Part shown: positions 61,141 through 64,000 of the stretch, in pieces | Layout of the letters: every line of letters begins with the position of its first letter | Numbering within the stretch: the first letter of the stretch is position 1 | Assembly: GCA_040954595.2 (NCBI GenBank) | Contig: CM082596.2 | Span: 6,150,791 to 6,214,790 of the forward strand | From: Balanoglossus misakiensis | Lineage: Eukaryota; Animalia; Hemichordata | Direction of reading: 5' to 3' | DNA length: 64,000 bases | The notes under the pieces: model-generated | Seen by the model: the letters and a program-made list of their open reading frames with translations, nothing else | What the model was told of the DNA's origin: nothing | The model's database searches: none | Program-made: the position numbers and the translations under genes

Positions 61141-64000
61141 TTAAATTTTAGTGTATTTGCCGGAGTGTTTAATGGACCCTAAATGGTTGTATTGGTTGGG
61201 AATAACGAAAAAACGTGAACGCCGATCGGAACGGCGACGTTCAGCGCGGCCATTGTTCGCATCGACAAATGAAGACCGTTTATTCACTCGTCAGAAATAC
61301 ACACAAACGCATAACAATCCGCGTGTTATTGTTCATCAAACCAATCCTCCGCAAAGTCCCCCCCCCCCCCCTTCTTCACTCAAAAGGAACAGCCGATGGA
61401 GCTGGCACCATTTTCTTCCTTCCCATTTAATTTTAATGTAACACGGACGCGATTACTGCACTGCATTCATGCTTGTGATGTCATTAGTGCTGTAAATATT
61501 TCGTGACAAAACGCAACAAAAAAATTGCACACATTTTTCCGGATTTGCTGTAAATTTTGGCGTGAACGTCGTTCGATTCTTGTACAAAGTCGAAGCTTAG
61601 ATGCGCTGGCTCCAAAATCCGCCGCTGAAAGGTCTCTGCGTTTTAAAATGAAGACGGCGTTTACAATTGAACGACCGTAAGAAGGAACTTCGAAATGGGC
61701 TCCAATTGACCAAGTCACCTCTGGTTAGTCTCAACTGACGCGATTTATTTCCCGTTGGCAGCGCCGGCACGACAGTGCCTAGGAGGCGAGAACAGAGAAT
61801 TAATAAAGCGAAGTGAAACATTTTTGAATCCTTTTGGTCGTTACTGTTGATTGGTTTCAATGGACACAAGTTCGCGAGGATTTCCCCGAAGCCGGCGTTT
61901 CGAGGACGTCTCAAATCTGTGCTAACTCATTTGCATATTTCTTATTCTCGTAGTCTGGCTGTGTTTTTCTAACGGTCTTGACATAGCAGTGACCTACTTC
62001 TCGAAAGAAATGTCCCTGGAACGCACCTGCCCGCGGAAGAAAATAGGACACTATCTCCTCCTGTCCTTCCCCCTCGCCCTCTCTCTGATCATACCCTGTG
62101 ATAATGTGACCAGTTCCCCCCTAAAATTTCCCAATGACGTCATCGTAATTTAAGCTCATATGTTCGCGTAATTTTGTGTTGTTGTTGCTTTTAGTGTCTC
62201 ACACGCGTAATTGCGATTGTTAACATCCCTATGAAGTTTGGGGTCGGCGGGTAAAAATTGTGTATTTCAGATTGTAGGAACCACACTGTTTTCTGTCCGT
62301 TTTTACCACGACCAGAAAACAAGAATATTTGCTGTGAGCGTTTGTGGCACGACTGTTGTCGTATAAAGGTTTTATACAAATGCACAGCGTTGCCAGTTAC
62401 AAAATATACCTCCCTAACTTCTGAAATATTTTGTAAACATTTTCCGCTCAGCGAATTGTGTAATGTACCAGGTAACGCACGCTTTACGGTTTAACTGGTA
62501 TTCAAAATTGCTTTTCTCAAAACGAGGTACAATTTGCATAATTGCGTTCCTGAGTCACTCACGCCGCATTGATAGACGGGCAGACGAGTTTTATTCACAA
62601 TTTTCTAAAATCATCATTTCTCGCTGCAACCATCGACTTTTGAAATGGTCACAAAAGAAGCCCCGTTTGATTGACAGGTTGGGTCAACACATCAATCCGT
62701 CTATTTCCTTAGCGCTATTCAACATAATTGCTCGCAAAATTACCTTTATTTTTGTTAGATGTCAATTACATTCCTCGTTGGGCTCAAATTTTCTCTTTTC
62801 ACCGAGTGAGAACAAAACAACTGCACCACCAAATGAAAATGATAAAATCGAGGCGATTGAAATTACATTCGGTAAATTGTCGTGTCGGGTTTCCAGCACA
62901 CGGGCGGAATTTGATTTGCGGGCTTTGTAACGTCTTTATCGCCCGAACACAAGAGGTACTTTCAACCTCGCCTCTCGTCTAAAATTGAGATATTGAGTTA
63001 GAGATTGTGTCAAATATTCCCGCCGTGTATTGAATTCGTCATTACTTGTCCGCTTCAGTTTTTTTTACTGACATCGATAATCGAGCAATAACACTGCCGT
63101 AATATTTTCCTCGTGTGTGCTGTATTGAAGAATATATTTACCCCGGGTAACGTTTTTTCTCGCATCGATTATCGCGAGATAACAATGCAGACGTCTTGAT
63201 TAAACATTACATATCGGGCGTGCGAATTCCTGAAGCGAGAAATGGACGCGTTACAGATGCACTCCGCGGCTTGGCTATAAGTTCTGGAATACAACGATAT
63301 GTTTTCCCGAAACAAGAAAGAGATTGTAATGTTACTCTTTGCCGATTAAACCACCGTATGCTCGAAAAACATATAGTTATGTTATATGCATATTCATGTT
63401 CTTCCATATTCATTTAACATATATGACACCAAGATATGTACCTGTCCATGGGGCTTTTTTATGTCGAATACAAAAATTGGACCATTTATACGAGATTTCC
63501 AACACATCGATCGGCCAGGCCACATATAAATGTCTGTCCGTTTAATTATCTTTAGAGGTATTTATTTAACCACTATTTCTAGTCAAGTTTAGCTGATCTA
63601 GTGTTCTAATCAAAATACATGTATGTGTTAAATGCGCGAAATCAGACTACAGCATTTACAGTTTAGTTTTACTGTGGAACGAAGGAATGAAAGGTTCGAT
63701 GGCTGGCAATATCGCAATGCCCACCCAAGGAACAAAACACCCCACTTGTGCGCATCTGTTGTATTTTCATCGAAAATACTTCCAGGTTAAGTGTACCACA
63801 AGAGAGCGCTCAAGTATTATTGTTGCACAAATATTTACCACCACAGTTGGTGAAAAGTGACAGTTCGAGGCGATGGCTAGATTCGGCGGGATTATCCACT
63901 AGACCCATTGTCGCCGGCGGGCCGCAGATTGACTCCAACAACGCACTTAAAACGGGCGGAATTGGTATACCTGTTTGGAAAATATCTCAAGCGAAAATGC

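Overview
Animal (bilaterian invertebrate) genomic DNA. A marine deuterostome such as a hemichordate or echinoderm is my guess from the protein and sequence style, not something I can show. There is nothing prokaryotic: no operons, CRISPR, rRNA or tRNA seen. Two protein-coding genes are supported, arranged divergently. (1) An intronless Frizzled-5/8 receptor at 38126-39736 (+). (2) The 5' part of a BTB/POZ-domain gene on the - strand, with coding exons at 17826-17966 and 4336-4509 joined in phase across a 13.3-kb intron, a probable non-coding first exon near 19.55-19.7 kb, and the rest of the gene beyond the left edge. The remainder is non-coding and looks like a large cis-regulatory landscape. 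It carries recurrent RFX X-boxes, PBX-MEIS decamers, CRE sites and homeodomain/Sox clusters, some inside the BTB gene's introns. CpG density shifts sharply at about 18-19 kb, as expected from mosaic gene-body methylation. There is one clean TA-flanked MITE, an old palindromic element, a 104-bp tandem duplication and two long ATC-class microsatellites. Most short ORFs in the supplied track appear to be noise. I found no convincing wholly new protein-coding system. The best lead is the putative Fzd5/8 regulatory block with its RFX plus PBX/MEIS grammar.
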